Source: an uncultured Candidatus Saccharibacteria bacterium
GTDB lineage: Bacteria; Patescibacteriota; Minisyncoccia; Phycocordibacterales; UBA1006
Direction of reading: 5' to 3'
Length of the DNA stretch: 64,000 bases
Assembly: GCA_964507625.1 (NCBI GenBank)
Contig: CAZDPR010000001.1
Span: forward strand, 5,012 to 69,011
The notes below the pieces were generated by a model. It searched no databases. It had not been told where the DNA came from and worked only from the letters and a program-made list of their open reading frames with translations. The position numbers were made by a program, and so were the translations under genes. Of this stretch, positions 18,653-29,123 are shown piece after piece; the first letter of the stretch is position 1, and every line of letters starts with the position of its first letter.

Positions 18653-20005
18653 TTAAGTTTGTAACATTGCACGAATTTGTTCTATATCATGAATGAGTGA
18701 AGAGTTTTCTTGAAGTTCTTTTGTAATTTTCTCATAAGAGTGCATTACTGTTGTATGATCTCGTCCACCCATTTTCTTTCCAATATGAGGAAAAGATATA
18801 TTAAAATCTTCTCGTAAAATATACATTGCTATTTGACGAGCTTCTACCACCTCTTTTCTTCTATTTTTTTCATACATTGCAGATTCTTCAATGTTATAAA
18901 AATGAGCAACAACTTTAATAATATCCTCAATAGAAATATTTTTCTTCGGTTTTATATTGTTTTTTATTAATAACTTAATTTCCTGAAGGTTTAATTCCCT
19001 TTTTCTGAGCTCCATTTGCATTATTAATGTATTAATAATCCCCTCTAATTCACGAATATTACCTTCTACATGAGAAGCAATATAATCAACTGTTTCTTCA
19101 GAAAGAGCTATTTTATATTGATTTATTTTAGATCGTAATATAGCTATACGAGATTCATATTCAGGGCGAGCTACATCAACAATCATACCTGCGGAAAACC
19201 TTGATTTTAAACGATCTTCGAGTCCTGCAATATAGTTTGGGTGTTTATCTGATGAAAAGATTAATTGTCGGTTTCTGTCATGTAAGGTGTTAAAAAGGTG
19301 GAATAATTCTTCCTGCACCCGTTCTTTTCCGCTTGAAAAGAACTGAATATCATCCATAATAATCACATCATAACTACGATATCGGTTTCTAAACTGATCA
19401 ATACGCTTATTTTGTAACGATTGAATATAATCATTTAAAAAGGTTTCAGAACTGACATAGAAAATATTTAATCCAGGGTATTTTTCTACCAAAGCATTTC
19501 CAAGAGCTTGAATAAGGTGAGTTTTTCCAATCCCCGTTGATCCGTAAATAAAAAATGGATTAAAAGTACCAAGACTTTTTAATACTGTCTGAGATGCTGA
19601 ATAAGCAACTTCATTAAATGGTCCAATAATAAATGTTTCAAATGTGTATTTTGGGTTTAAATTACTACTTTTTGGTAAAGAATGATCCAAAGGTAGTTGA
19701 GGAGCTTCTGGAGGCACAGGAGCCGTTTTTTGAGGCACAGGAGCCGTTTTTTGAGGCTTTTTAGCAATAATAAACTCAATAGATCGAATAGTATCTTTAT
19801 GGTTACGGATTGCTTTTAAAACATCTTTATAAAATTTAGTAGTAAGCCAATCCTTAACAAATTCATTAGGAACACCTACAAAGAAAACCCCCTCCTCTTC
19901 TTTTACTGCATGAGTATTTTTAAACCATGTGGTAAAATTTGCTTTTGAGACGTTCATTTCGATTTCCGCAAGAATCGTTTCCCAGAGTGTGTGTATATCG
20001 TACAT
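18653..20005 (-). CDS. dnaA: chromosomal replication initiator DnaA
   Basis: 450 aa; Walker A GSTGIGKTHL, IDDIQF, C-terminal HTTVMHSYEKI DNA-binding domain; internal PQKTAPVPQKTAPVP duplication in the linker. Confidence 0.9.
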   Translation of the reverse strand: MYDIHTLWETILAEIEMNVSKANFTTWFKNTHAVKEEEGVFFVGVPNEFVKDWLTTKFYKDVLKAIRNHKDTIRSIEFIIAKKPQKTAPVPQKTAPVPPEAPQLPLDHSLPKSSNLNPKYTFETFIIGPFNEVAYSASQTVLKSLGTFNPFFIYGSTGIGKTHLIQALGNALVEKYPGLNIFYVSSETFLNDYIQSLQNKRIDQFRNRYRSYDVIIMDDIQFFSSGKERVQEELFHLFNTLHDRNRQLIFSSDKHPNYIAGLEDRLKSRFSAGMIVDVARPEYESRIAILRSKINQYKIALSEETVDYIASHVEGNIRELEGIINTLIMQMELRKRELNLQEIKLLIKNNIKPKKNISIEDIIKVVAHFYNIEESAMYEKNRRKEVVEARQIAMYILREDFNISFPHIGKKMGGRDHTTVMHSYEKITKELQENSSLIHDIEQIRAMLQT

Positions 20006-20182
20006 AGGCTTTAAAATAAATAACGAAACGAGCTAATAAAAAGATATCCACAGTATACACTGTTTTTATATTTTATTAAAATGTCCTTAAAAGAGGAAAA
20101 AACTGTGGAAAACTTGTTGAAACAGTGGATAACTAAACAAGGACTTGTCTTTTTTGTTTTTTTGTGTAATATAAGAAATATT
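20006..20182. promoter_or_regulatory. oriC segment upstream of dnaA, plus dnaA and rpmH promoters
   Basis: DnaA-box-like ATATCCACA at 20044, TGTGGAAAA at 20104, AGTGGATAA at 20123. Confidence 0.5.
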
Positions 20183-20317
20183 ATGTCAGTGACCTATCAA
20201 CCAAAAGTCGGAAAAAGAAAGCGAAAGCATGGTTTTTTAGTACGACAAGCAACTACTGCTGGACGAAATGTTATTCGTAACCGTCGCCGTAAAGGACGAG
20301 CTAAACTAAGTGTTTAA
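20183..20317 (+). CDS. rpmH: 50S ribosomal protein L34
   Basis: [44 protein letters not shown]; classic L34. Confidence 0.85.
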   Translation: MSVTYQPKVGKRKRKHGFLVRQATTAGRNVIRNRRRKGRAKLSV

Positions 20318-20318
20318 A

Positions 20319-20351
20319 TAAAAAATCCTTATAAAATAAGGATTTTTTATT
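20319..20351 (+). terminator. terminator of the CCTTATAAAATAAGG family
   Basis: AAAAAATCCTTATAAAATAAGGATTTTTTATT. Confidence 0.6.
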
Positions 20352-20385
20352 TTAATTTTTATTATAATCATGATATACTTATTAT

Positions 20386-20709
20386 ATGATCAGTAAAAAA
20401 AACAAGATTTCTAAAGACTTTTTTCCTCAAGTAATGAAAGGAAAAAGAAAGTTAGGTAAATTTGCTGATATTATTATATCCCCTTCCCTTTCTCATAAAG
20501 TCCATGCAGGGGTAGTAATAAGTAAAAAAAATGTAAAAACGGCAGTATTAAGAAATACTTTAAAAAGAATGTTTTATAATAAAATATCTGTACAAAAAGA
20601 TAGAATTCCTCAAAAAACATATGTGTTATATGTTAAAAAACTAATAACTAAAGATATGTTAGAAGAATTTAAAAAAGATCTCTATGAATTATGTATATTT
20701 TCTTCTTAA
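20386..20709 (+). CDS. rnpA: ribonuclease P protein component
   Basis: 107 aa, basic; conserved rpmH-rnpA-yidD-yidC synteny. Confidence 0.6.
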   Translation: MISKKNKISKDFFPQVMKGKRKLGKFADIIISPSLSHKVHAGVVISKKNVKTAVLRNTLKRMFYNKISVQKDRIPQKTYVLYVKKLITKDMLEEFKKDLYELCIFSS

Positions 20710-20914
20710 AAAAATAATATTATTGAGTATTTCTTTATATCAACGTATTATTCGTCCAATATTACCTCATTCATGTCGGTTTCACCCTTCGTGTTCAGAA
20801 TATACTCGTCAGAGTATTGAAAAATATGGACCTATTAAAGGATCTTTACAAGGGGTAAAAAGAATTTTTCAATGTCATCCATGGAATCCCGGCGGATATG
20901 ATCCAGTAGAGTAA
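20684..20914 (+). CDS. yidD: membrane protein insertion efficiency factor YidD
   Basis: [19 protein letters not shown]...[16 protein letters not shown] signature. Confidence 0.8.
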   Translation: MNYVYFLLKKIILLSISLYQRIIRPILPHSCRFHPSCSEYTRQSIEKYGPIKGSLQGVKRIFQCHPWNPGGYDPVE

Positions 20915-20942
20915 TTATTTTATTAGTATTTATTAAATTTAT

Positions 20943-21644
20943 ATGTTTCAAACATTTATTATTATCCCTTTAAGTAATGCTTTAGTGTTTCTCACAAGTT
21001 TATTTTTTAATAATTTAGGTATTGCAGTGATAGTACTAACACTTCTTGTTAAAATAATACTTTTTCCATTATCACTGTCGACCTTAAAAAGTCAGGCAGC
21101 CCTTAAAAAAATTCAACCACTTATTGATGATATTAAGAAAAAATATACTGATAAAAATGAACAAGCTATTAAAATAATGGAACTTTATAAGGAACACAAA
21201 GCAAATCCTCTTACTGGATGTTTACCACTATTAATCCAATTACCAATTATTATTGGGCTATATCAAGTATTTTTACGAGGAGATACCTCATTAAATCCTG
21301 ATATTATTTATTCTTTTATACAAGTCCCAGAATCAATATCGCATATGTTTTTAGGATTTGATTTACGAGAAAAAAGTGCATTACTAGCACTATTTGCTGG
21401 TGTTGCTCAATATTTTCAACTATATTATTCACCAATGCATGCTCAAAAAAATGAACAAAAAGAAAAAAGTACTGATCCACAAATGGTTATGATGGAAAAT
21501 ATGCAAAAGAATTTACGTTATATACTTCCTATTATGATTGTTATTTTTACTTTCTTTACCCCGTCGGCCATAGCATTATATTTAATTGTTTCAAGTATTT
21601 TCACATTAGTACAAGAAATTATTATTACTAAAAAAATATCATAA
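20943..21644 (+). CDS. yidC: YidC/Oxa1-family membrane insertase (short form)
   Basis: 233 aa; ...KIMELYKEHKANPLTGCLPLLIQLPIIIGLYQVF... and synteny. Confidence 0.75.
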   Translation: MFQTFIIIPLSNALVFLTSLFFNNLGIAVIVLTLLVKIILFPLSLSTLKSQAALKKIQPLIDDIKKKYTDKNEQAIKIMELYKEHKANPLTGCLPLLIQLPIIIGLYQVFLRGDTSLNPDIIYSFIQVPESISHMFLGFDLREKSALLALFAGVAQYFQLYYSPMHAQKNEQKEKSTDPQMVMMENMQKNLRYILPIMIVIFTFFTPSAIALYLIVSSIFTLVQEIIITKKIS

Positions 21645-21645
21645 T

Positions 21646-21671
21646 AAAAACACTCGTACGAGTGTTTTTAT
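21646..21671. terminator. bidirectional terminator
   Basis: AAACACTCG-tac-GAGTGTTTTTATT. Confidence 0.65.
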
Positions 21672-21676
21672 TATGA

Positions 21677-23197
21677 TTAATCATTACCTCCCATACGATA
21701 TGACCAAAGTTCATATGTATTTTTATTCATAAAAAATAGGTATTCTGCAGTTTTATCAGATTCAATACGAATCACATCAACTGATTCAGGAAATACAGCT
21801 AAATTTTCTAATTCTCCAGTAGATAAGGTATATTTTTGCAAAGTATCTGAAAAACGACTAATTCCTTTATACCAAACATCAGGATACACACCCTGAGGTA
21901 TAGTATTAGGAACACCACAAATAAGTATATCATCGTTATACCAAGTACACTTTTCAGGGAGGGTTATAAATGGAACAAGAGTACTCTGAAGATTGTTTAG
22001 TGTAATAATTTTAGTTACTAATTGATTGTTTTCCCAAGCACTAATTAATGTTTTTGTTCCACTCGGGTTTGTATTGGTAGTAAGCCCATTTATAGGACCT
22101 AGTTTTTTCTGAAAACTATTTGTTTGTGGATTTAATTGATACATATACCCCTCTACAGTACCAGCTGCGTAGGTAGTAAGAGTAATAATTGAATCAGAAA
22201 CAAATTGTGGTAACCATTCAGAAAATGGTGAATTGAAAATAATTTCTCTTTTTTTGTTAGTAAAATCTTCTAAAATTCCTTGTATTTCTCCAGTTTCCTT
22301 ATTTTGAATAATTGAGAAGAAAATATTACTCGTAGGATTTTTTACTAACTGTTTATAATAACCAGAAAGAGGTAATCCAGTAATATTTTGTGAAGTATTT
22401 TTAATTTCATTATAATAATTTCTTAAATCTTCACATGTTTTATTAATAAATAAAAGAGTTTCATTATTAACAATACCATCAACAGGAAGATTATTATTTT
22501 TTTGATATATTTTTATATATTCACTTGTTTTATTACCAAAGGATCCATCGCTAATTATTGGTATAGTAATTCTATCATTTAAAAATTTTTGTATATTAGA
22601 AACATTATTATTTTTGTCACCAATTTTTGCTGGTGAAAAATCTTGTAAACAATAATCAGGAGTTGTTTCAGTTTTAGGGAAATTAATAATAAAACTTTCT
22701 ATAGAATTATTTTGTTCATACCGAAGAATACTAGTATTTGCATTATTATTAAAAATAAGCTCTTCCCCAGAAGGAAGGTCTGTATTTGTTATTTTTCTAT
22801 TTATTATATTATTAATATTAATAATACCTTCAAAAAAATGTCCATTTCTTTGGTCATTATAACGAATAAAGTGTTCACTATTTTTAATAAATGATTTATA
22901 ACCAGAAACTGGGAAATTGGTAATTTTTCTCAAACGATTTGTAGTATTATTATAATTAGGATCTCCAAGAAAAATAATATCAGAACTATCAAAAGGATTA
23001 TTATTTAACTCAGCAGGAATTATATCTTCAACTAACATTTCTCGATCACTAAAAGGAAATAAATTTGAATTAGTAATTGGATTTATTAAGGTTTCTTTAT
23101 TCCTATTAAAAATAATATACCCTACAATACCTAAAAAAATAATCAGAAAAATAAATGCAATAATAAAAAGTCGTTTACCTTTTTGGTCCATATGCAA
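21677..23197 (-). CDS. N-terminally anchored, N-rich hypothetical protein with a peptidoglycan-binding (PG_binding_1-like) segment
   Basis: 506 aa; TM near the N-terminus; ...GNKTSEYIKIYQKNNNLPVDGIVNNETL... resembles the PG_binding_1 repeat; last gene of the T4SS-like operon. Confidence 0.45.
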   Translation of the reverse strand: MHMDQKGKRLFIIAFIFLIIFLGIVGYIIFNRNKETLINPITNSNLFPFSDREMLVEDIIPAELNNNPFDSSDIIFLGDPNYNNTTNRLRKITNFPVSGYKSFIKNSEHFIRYNDQRNGHFFEGIININNIINRKITNTDLPSGEELIFNNNANTSILRYEQNNSIESFIINFPKTETTPDYCLQDFSPAKIGDKNNNVSNIQKFLNDRITIPIISDGSFGNKTSEYIKIYQKNNNLPVDGIVNNETLLFINKTCEDLRNYYNEIKNTSQNITGLPLSGYYKQLVKNPTSNIFFSIIQNKETGEIQGILEDFTNKKREIIFNSPFSEWLPQFVSDSIITLTTYAAGTVEGYMYQLNPQTNSFQKKLGPINGLTTNTNPSGTKTLISAWENNQLVTKIITLNNLQSTLVPFITLPEKCTWYNDDILICGVPNTIPQGVYPDVWYKGISRFSDTLQKYTLSTGELENLAVFPESVDVIRIESDKTAEYLFFMNKNTYELWSYRMGGND

Positions 23198-23225
23198 AAG
23201 TATACCATAAATATTAAAAATTAAA

Positions 23226-23252
23226 TAAAAATACCTTATAAGGTATTTTTAT
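23226..23252 (-). terminator. terminator of the CCTTATAAGG family
   Basis: AAAATACCTTATAAGGTATTTTTATT. Confidence 0.6.
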
Positions 23253-24409
23253 TCTATATCTAATTGAGTAAAACCTTTATTTGTTGAATTTATATCACAT
23301 GACCATTGATTATTAATTATTTTTTTATAAGCAGCAACGACTTTTGGTCCATACGTTCTATTTTCAGGATTACTTGTATTTGAACATAACCACTTTACTC
23401 TATTATTACATTGAGAAGATTTTTCATTAGCACCCCTTCCTCCATTATATGCATGAGCTGCGTATCTAACAATACCCTTTCCTTGAGTGTTTCCTGGGTT
23501 ATTTAAAAAACCTTTTATTAAATTTGCTCCAATATTTGCATTAATTTGAGGGTCATCGAGATTAATTCCTTGTTTTTTTAAAGCAATATGAAGTTGATTT
23601 TGTTTATCTGCAGGCCATTTATAATTAATAGTTTCATTAAATTCTGACTGAATTTTCCTTCGCGTAGCATCAGGAAGTGTATCATAAGCAGTAGTTGGCA
23701 TAATCTGTATAATACCTCGAGCACCAACAGGACTTAAAATTAAACCCTGGTTATTTTTTGCTGTTCCCGCTGAAGACTCTACATACATAAAAGCCTTTAA
23801 AACTGAACAATCTAAACCTACATTATTTGATGCTGATTTTAACACTGAATCATATTCAGTGTTATTTTTGTTATATATGTTTGAAATATCAAGAGGTGTA
23901 GTACTTTGTCCACCACCAGAAACACTTTGATCAAGAGAGAGTTTTCCTACATCCAACTCAAACCCCACCCCACTAATTCTTGGATCCACTAACAATAAAT
24001 CAGGATTAATAGTACGTAAAAGAACAAAAGTACCTAAAAGTAGTAGTAAACCAAGCATAACACTGGTAACTCGTTTCTGTATTTCAGTAAACTTACCAAC
24101 ACTCTGTTCATTGGTTGCATATTGAAATCCATAGATAACTAACATAACCACTCCTAATACTCCTCCAATACCAATACCAATTTCAAATACAAAATTAATA
24201 AATCCTCCAATTCCTTGATATTGTTCTTCATTACCCCCTACTTGTATTCCTTCCACATCACCTAACGGTTCTAAAAGTGTATAGCAACCTTCAGAAAGTT
24301 CTGAGTTACAAGAGGTGAAGTTGGTGGTATTTTGTGCAAAAACTGAAAAAGAAAAAGACATGCCCAATAGAATAAAAAATATAAAAATTTTTCTTTTTTC
24401 TCGTTTCAT
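23249..24409 (-). CDS. membrane-associated lytic transglycosylase (SLT domain), VirB1-like
   Basis: 386 aa; signal/TM; hydrophobic G-rich segment; C-terminal ...MYVESSAGTAKNNQGLILSPVGARGIIQIMPTTAYD... fits the SLT family-1 ES...S.AGA.GLMQ.MP.TA motif. Confidence 0.6.
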   Translation of the reverse strand: MKREKRKIFIFFILLGMSFSFSVFAQNTTNFTSCNSELSEGCYTLLEPLGDVEGIQVGGNEEQYQGIGGFINFVFEIGIGIGGVLGVVMLVIYGFQYATNEQSVGKFTEIQKRVTSVMLGLLLLLGTFVLLRTINPDLLLVDPRISGVGFELDVGKLSLDQSVSGGGQSTTPLDISNIYNKNNTEYDSVLKSASNNVGLDCSVLKAFMYVESSAGTAKNNQGLILSPVGARGIIQIMPTTAYDTLPDATRRKIQSEFNETINYKWPADKQNQLHIALKKQGINLDDPQINANIGANLIKGFLNNPGNTQGKGIVRYAAHAYNGGRGANEKSSQCNNRVKWLCSNTSNPENRTYGPKVVAAYKKIINNQWSCDINSTNKGFTQLDIE

Positions 24410-24413
24410 ATAA

Positions 24414-25412
24414 TTATTCGTTTATTTTTTTAAAATAAGCAGTAAGAACACTAGATGTATTCTGAAGAAAAGTAATAGGATTTTCTATTGTTACAGAGAA
24501 ATTTGTTCTCCCTGTTTGGTTTGGGTGAGAAATAAGAATCTCATTTTTAGGAGCGTTTGAATCTAAGTAAAATATTTGACCACCAATTTTCCAATTAAAA
24601 ATTAAATCATTAAGAGTATTTAATGAAAAAAAGTAAGGTTCAGCAGTAATAATTGATGATTGTTGTGCAATATTTATACCGTTATTTACAGCAGTTAACC
24701 TTCTATATCCTCTATCATTTTTTACATACCAATTAACTTCTGGATTAACAGTAGGTATGTTAATACTTTTTTCTGAAACAATGCGATTATTTTGAGATGA
24801 AATTATTGCTTTTATAAACTCATTATTTCTTAGTTTGTTTTGTTCAATAATAATTGAACTCTTTTTATACCCACCTACATTAAGTATTCTATTTCCATTT
24901 CTTTCCCATAAATAAACTGCATTTTGATGAGATAAACCAGTAGTTTGTTGAAAATCAGGAATACCAGTTATGCGAATATATGACTCTCTTCCAGGCATTT
25001 TTTTACCTTTATAAAAAACTGGAACATAGGAATCTATAGCCTCCCAGAGAAGTGTACTATCTTGAGGACTGATAGTTAATTGTTTTTGAACTGAATTTAA
25101 CCCTAAATTAATAGTTACTAAAATATTAACAACAGAATTATATCCGCCAATAGTAACCTGTTGATCTCGTGCTCCAATTCCTGAATTTTTTGTTTCATTA
25201 TTAATAGTCCAATTGATTTGGTAACGATTTAAATCAACAGTATTACTTAAAAGACGGAGAGAAACAGTGGAAAAAGGTTCAGGAAATTTAGGGTTCATAA
25301 TAATTTCAATATCACTTGCATCAATATTCCCACCAAAAGACCCTATTTGAGCATACACAGGAAGTGAAATAAATATTCCTAAAAACAGTAAAAAATAACT
25401 AATTATTTTCAT
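24414..25412 (-). CDS. secreted hypothetical protein (signal peptide)
   Basis: 332 aa; MKIISYFLLFLGIFISLPVYAQ signal; 4-nt gap to the next gene. Confidence 0.45.
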   Translation of the reverse strand: MKIISYFLLFLGIFISLPVYAQIGSFGGNIDASDIEIIMNPKFPEPFSTVSLRLLSNTVDLNRYQINWTINNETKNSGIGARDQQVTIGGYNSVVNILVTINLGLNSVQKQLTISPQDSTLLWEAIDSYVPVFYKGKKMPGRESYIRITGIPDFQQTTGLSHQNAVYLWERNGNRILNVGGYKKSSIIIEQNKLRNNEFIKAIISSQNNRIVSEKSINIPTVNPEVNWYVKNDRGYRRLTAVNNGINIAQQSSIITAEPYFFSLNTLNDLIFNWKIGGQIFYLDSNAPKNEILISHPNQTGRTNFSVTIENPITFLQNTSSVLTAYFKKINE

Positions 25413-25446
25413 ACGGTAAGTATATCATTATTTATAGTAAAATTAA

Positions 25447-25478
25447 ACTAAAAACAGTGAGGATACTCACTGTTTTTA
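25447..25478 (-). terminator. terminator overlapping the virB4-like stop
   Basis: AAAAACAGTGAG-gata-CTCACTGTTTTTAG. Confidence 0.6.
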
Positions 25479-27287
25479 GTTTAATTCATTTTTTACTTTT
25501 TTCATTTTTAAAATCTGATTAGGATCAGATGTTACAATTTGATCTTCGGTATAACTAGAAATAATTTTAATTGCAACATGTTTTAATCCTGCAAAAAATA
25601 TTCCTTCCCCTACCCCAGATTCTAACAAGGTGTATTTTTCTTCGTTAGTTAAATGGAAAACCTCCTGAAGTGTATCAATTGCAGTTGGAGATTGTTTTAA
25701 AAGTAACTGAATAGAAGAATTGGTAATAATAGGTATTCCGTATCGCGATCGCACAAAATCTCCTACATCCTGAGTAATAGTGGTAATACCCAAAAAATAT
25801 TTTCTTCCTCGTTTTGCAAGCATAAAAAGAAATGCTGCTGCTTCTTCATTTTGCATCATTACCCATGCTTCATCAACAACTAATAATCGTTTTTTAATAT
25901 TTTTTCGAACTGCATTCCAGATAAAATGAGTAATAATATACATTGCTGCAGTTTTAAGCTCATCTTCCATGTCTCGAATAGAGAAAACAATCATTTTCTT
26001 ATTAATATCAACATTAGTCGGACTATTAATAAATCCTGCCCAAGTTCCTCGGGTATATTTTCGGAGTCGTTCAATGAGTGATCCAGCCCCTTCCATTGAG
26101 GCAAGTACCATTTCAAAATCAGACATAAGCGGTGCTTCTGCTTTAGTAAAATCTGAATTAGCCGTAATATCTTTTAATGCATAGGTTTCAGTAATAGCGC
26201 GATCAATTATAGAATCTTCTTCTGGAGTAAGTCCTCCTAGTAAAATTCTAAATAATCCTACTAAATGAATAATGTTCGAGCGAAGAACATCGGAAGGTGC
26301 TTCATCTGGTCCAGGAACAGGTACATCAAATGGATTAATATGGTGCTCAGAAGAAAGAGAAATATTAAAATATCTTCCCCCTACTGACTCTGCAAGGTAT
26401 TCATACTCACTTTCTGGGTCGATAACAATAACTTCTGTTTCAAACATTAATGTTCGTAGTATTTCTAGTTTTGTTGCATATGATTTTCCTGCACCAGAAG
26501 TTGCGAAAATTACCGAATTATAGTTTGGCATCGAATATCGATCAAACAAAACAAGACCAGCATTTTGTCGATTTACTCCATATAAAATACCTTTATTATC
26601 AGTTAATTCAGAAGAGATAAAAGGAAAAAATGATGATAGTGGCCCAGTATTTAATTTTGTAGGAATATGAAGATTATCAATTCCTAATGGAATACCTGTA
26701 ATAAAACCTTGTTCTTGTTGAAAAAGTGCAGGTTTTAAATAAATCATTTGAGATTCTAACTGTGAACGAATTTCATTTTCTACCTTAAAAAGCTCTTTAT
26801 CACTATTTGCGTATATTGTAATATAAAGCCCTACCTCAAACATTTTTTCTTGTGCTTGCTGGAGACTATCCCTCAAGTTTTCAAGGTTTTGATAGGCAAT
26901 ATCAAGTTCGGGATCACGTACCATTCCTTGTTTTTCTCGTACATAAATTTGACTCTGTACTTCCGCAACTTTTTTCTGAAAATCTTTCATGATTTGTGCT
27001 GTATTAATCGGTGAAACATGCACAGAAACATCAAAAATTTTATCCATATTAACAATCGGAGCCAACCATCCTTCTGTTAAAAACTTTGGGTATGACATAG
27101 TAAAATAGGTTTTACAAATTTTGTCTCCAATTCTAATAAATCCAGAATTAATTTCTACCGCAGAAGGAGCAAGGATATCACGAAGCTCGAGTGCTGCGTT
27201 AGTATAAATATCAGTCGGAAGAACTGGGATAGCTTCGGGTTGATTATTCTGTTTTGTTTTGCTGAATAGGCTATCAAAAATTCCCAT
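25476..27287 (-). CDS. virB4: VirB4/TraE/CagE-family type IV secretion ATPase
   Basis: 603 aa; Walker A FATSGAGKSYATK, Walker B LLVVDEAWVMM; overall VirB4 architecture. Confidence 0.8.
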   Translation of the reverse strand: MGIFDSLFSKTKQNNQPEAIPVLPTDIYTNAALELRDILAPSAVEINSGFIRIGDKICKTYFTMSYPKFLTEGWLAPIVNMDKIFDVSVHVSPINTAQIMKDFQKKVAEVQSQIYVREKQGMVRDPELDIAYQNLENLRDSLQQAQEKMFEVGLYITIYANSDKELFKVENEIRSQLESQMIYLKPALFQQEQGFITGIPLGIDNLHIPTKLNTGPLSSFFPFISSELTDNKGILYGVNRQNAGLVLFDRYSMPNYNSVIFATSGAGKSYATKLEILRTLMFETEVIVIDPESEYEYLAESVGGRYFNISLSSEHHINPFDVPVPGPDEAPSDVLRSNIIHLVGLFRILLGGLTPEEDSIIDRAITETYALKDITANSDFTKAEAPLMSDFEMVLASMEGAGSLIERLRKYTRGTWAGFINSPTNVDINKKMIVFSIRDMEDELKTAAMYIITHFIWNAVRKNIKKRLLVVDEAWVMMQNEEAAAFLFMLAKRGRKYFLGITTITQDVGDFVRSRYGIPIITNSSIQLLLKQSPTAIDTLQEVFHLTNEEKYTLLESGVGEGIFFAGLKHVAIKIISSYTEDQIVTSDPNQILKMKKVKNELN

Positions 27288-27289
27288 AA

Positions 27290-27952
27290 TTAATTATTTT
27301 CCAATGCTCCTACAGAACTGTGGAGCTCTCCTGGGTTAAAGTTAGATTGATAAAGTTCAATAAGCTCTGCGGTTTCGAGTTGCTTTGATTGAATTCCCAT
27401 ACTAGTAAGACCGCTTGTAACAACTGCAATACGTTGCTCAATTTGTGATCGAGATTCTTCAAACCGACGAACATCAATAGATTGTTCATAAAGTGTTTTT
27501 TTCTTTGATGCCCCAAACAAGTCTCCAATACCACCAAGTAATGATGTTTGTCTTGCATTATTGAGCGGTCCACCAGCAAAGGTGACTACAACATAAAAAT
27601 ACTTTGTCATTATGTTGTAAGATTCATTAAACCAACGAATAAATTCGATATATTCCCGGGTTTGAATACGGAGAAGTTCTTCAGGAATCTCTTCAAGCCG
27701 TTTCTCAAGCGATAAAATGTAAGGACGAATATCGAGTCTTCGAGAAGATGCTTGTATTTGAATTGGAAATTCAAGTGAATTAAGAAAATTTTGAAAACTC
27801 ATAATGGTTGCCTGTTGTTCATCCACTGATTTTAAACCAAGATTTACTGGGGTTGCCATAACCACAGCCCGCATTTCTCCGTTTTGGAGAACTACAATCC
27901 CATCTCGAATTTCTTTGATAGGGACAAATTTTTGTGAAGGAGTTTGTGCCAT
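27290..27952 (-). CDS. hypothetical protein translationally coupled upstream of virB4-like
   Basis: 220 aa; 2-nt gap to virB4; could be a split N-terminal VirB4 domain or an accessory factor. Confidence 0.4.
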   Translation of the reverse strand: MAQTPSQKFVPIKEIRDGIVVLQNGEMRAVVMATPVNLGLKSVDEQQATIMSFQNFLNSLEFPIQIQASSRRLDIRPYILSLEKRLEEIPEELLRIQTREYIEFIRWFNESYNIMTKYFYVVVTFAGGPLNNARQTSLLGGIGDLFGASKKKTLYEQSIDVRRFEESRSQIEQRIAVVTSGLTSMGIQSKQLETAELIELYQSNFNPGELHSSVGALENN

Positions 27953-27956
27953 ACAG

Positions 27957-28370
27957 TTAATTATATCTTGTTTTATCTAAAATATCCAAATTACGCGCAA
28001 TAGATTCAATTTTTCTATGATCAACAACATTTGGTTGTGGTTCTGGTGATGAAATAATAGCAGGTTTTTGATTAACAGGTTTTTGTTTTGATGTAACCTT
28101 CTCCCACACATAGAGTTTATCTTTAGATAAATATTGAATAAATGATTGAACAATACTTAAAAAAGGTTGATTATTAAACTTATAAAAAGAAAGCGCTAAT
28201 GAAATTGATGCAATAATAACCATTAAAGGAATTGCAAAAATGATAGGAAGAATTTTATAAAGAACAAAAACAATTCCTCCGCCACCTGCAAGATAAATAA
28301 ACTGTTTAAAAGTAAGTGGTCCAAAAAGTTTATCTTCGATGTCAATAAATTGTGGTACTTCAAATCTCAT
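27957..28370 (-). CDS. small 2-TM membrane protein, VirB3/PrgI-like by position
   Basis: 137 aa; two hydrophobic helices; sits just upstream of the ATPase, as VirB3 homologs do. Confidence 0.4.
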   Translation of the reverse strand: MRFEVPQFIDIEDKLFGPLTFKQFIYLAGGGGIVFVLYKILPIIFAIPLMVIIASISLALSFYKFNNQPFLSIVQSFIQYLSKDKLYVWEKVTSKQKPVNQKPAIISSPEPQPNVVDHRKIESIARNLDILDKTRYN

Positions 28371-28426
28371 ATAGTTTTAGTATACCAGATAAAAAGAAAA
28401 GACAGTATGGAATACATACTGTCAGT

Positions 28427-29086
28427 CTATAAATTTTCGATCGTGGTGTCGACGATCTGTTTTTTTTTGATTAACATATCGCGTAATTTTTCAGTACTGA
28501 GAAGTGGTGTGGTTTCTGGGATTGGAGAAGTTGTTTTTTGTGGATTAAAAATAATAGGATTCCCAACAGGTTTTGTTTCCGGTATTATTGGCGAACTTCC
28601 AACGGTTCGAACCAACTTTGCTTCAGGTGTAATAATAGGTGTTTCTTCTGTAGTTAATTCAATACCATTTGATAATAACGAGTCTTTCGTATTTATTTCT
28701 GATACAGGATTAAAATTAATATTTGGTTCTGATTTTTTTTCACCACCATGTACAATATAATCATGAATAGGGGTAAACACTTTCTTGACTACTTCTCCTA
28801 AAAGAGATTCCACTTGAGCTGGAGAAAGTGCAAGTCGAACTGCAAGTTCGTTTGGATAATCATTAGGTGAAACCATGCCTACAAGTACTAAAATAGTTTC
28901 AATTTGAAAATCTTCAATTTCACTATCAATAATTCCATTACTTTTCCCAATTTCAGTTATTTGTTTAAGCCAATCAAAAGAAAGGAGTGCCCTTCGGTTA
29001 ATTTCAGGAAGTTTCTGCAATTCTTCCTCAAATACTTGTTTCATTTTTTCATTTTTAAATGTGAGCATAGATGCTATAAGTATCAC
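28427..29086 (-). CDS. hypothetical protein with a P/T-rich C-terminal tail
   Basis: 219 aa; C-terminal TTEETPIITPEAK...PIPETTPLLS low-complexity linker. Confidence 0.4.
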   Translation of the reverse strand: MILIASMLTFKNEKMKQVFEEELQKLPEINRRALLSFDWLKQITEIGKSNGIIDSEIEDFQIETILVLVGMVSPNDYPNELAVRLALSPAQVESLLGEVVKKVFTPIHDYIVHGGEKKSEPNINFNPVSEINTKDSLLSNGIELTTEETPIITPEAKLVRTVGSSPIIPETKPVGNPIIFNPQKTTSPIPETTPLLSTEKLRDMLIKKKQIVDTTIENL

Positions 29087-29123
29087 ATGTATAAAATAAA
29101 AATCAAGGATTTCTCCTTGATTT

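Noticed and set aside
23249-24409. Hydrophobic G-rich segment of the SLT protein as a separate VirB2-like pilin gene
   Set aside because: It is in frame within the single 386-aa ORF with no internal start or RBS evidence. It is treated as a membrane anchor of the VirB1-like hydrolase.
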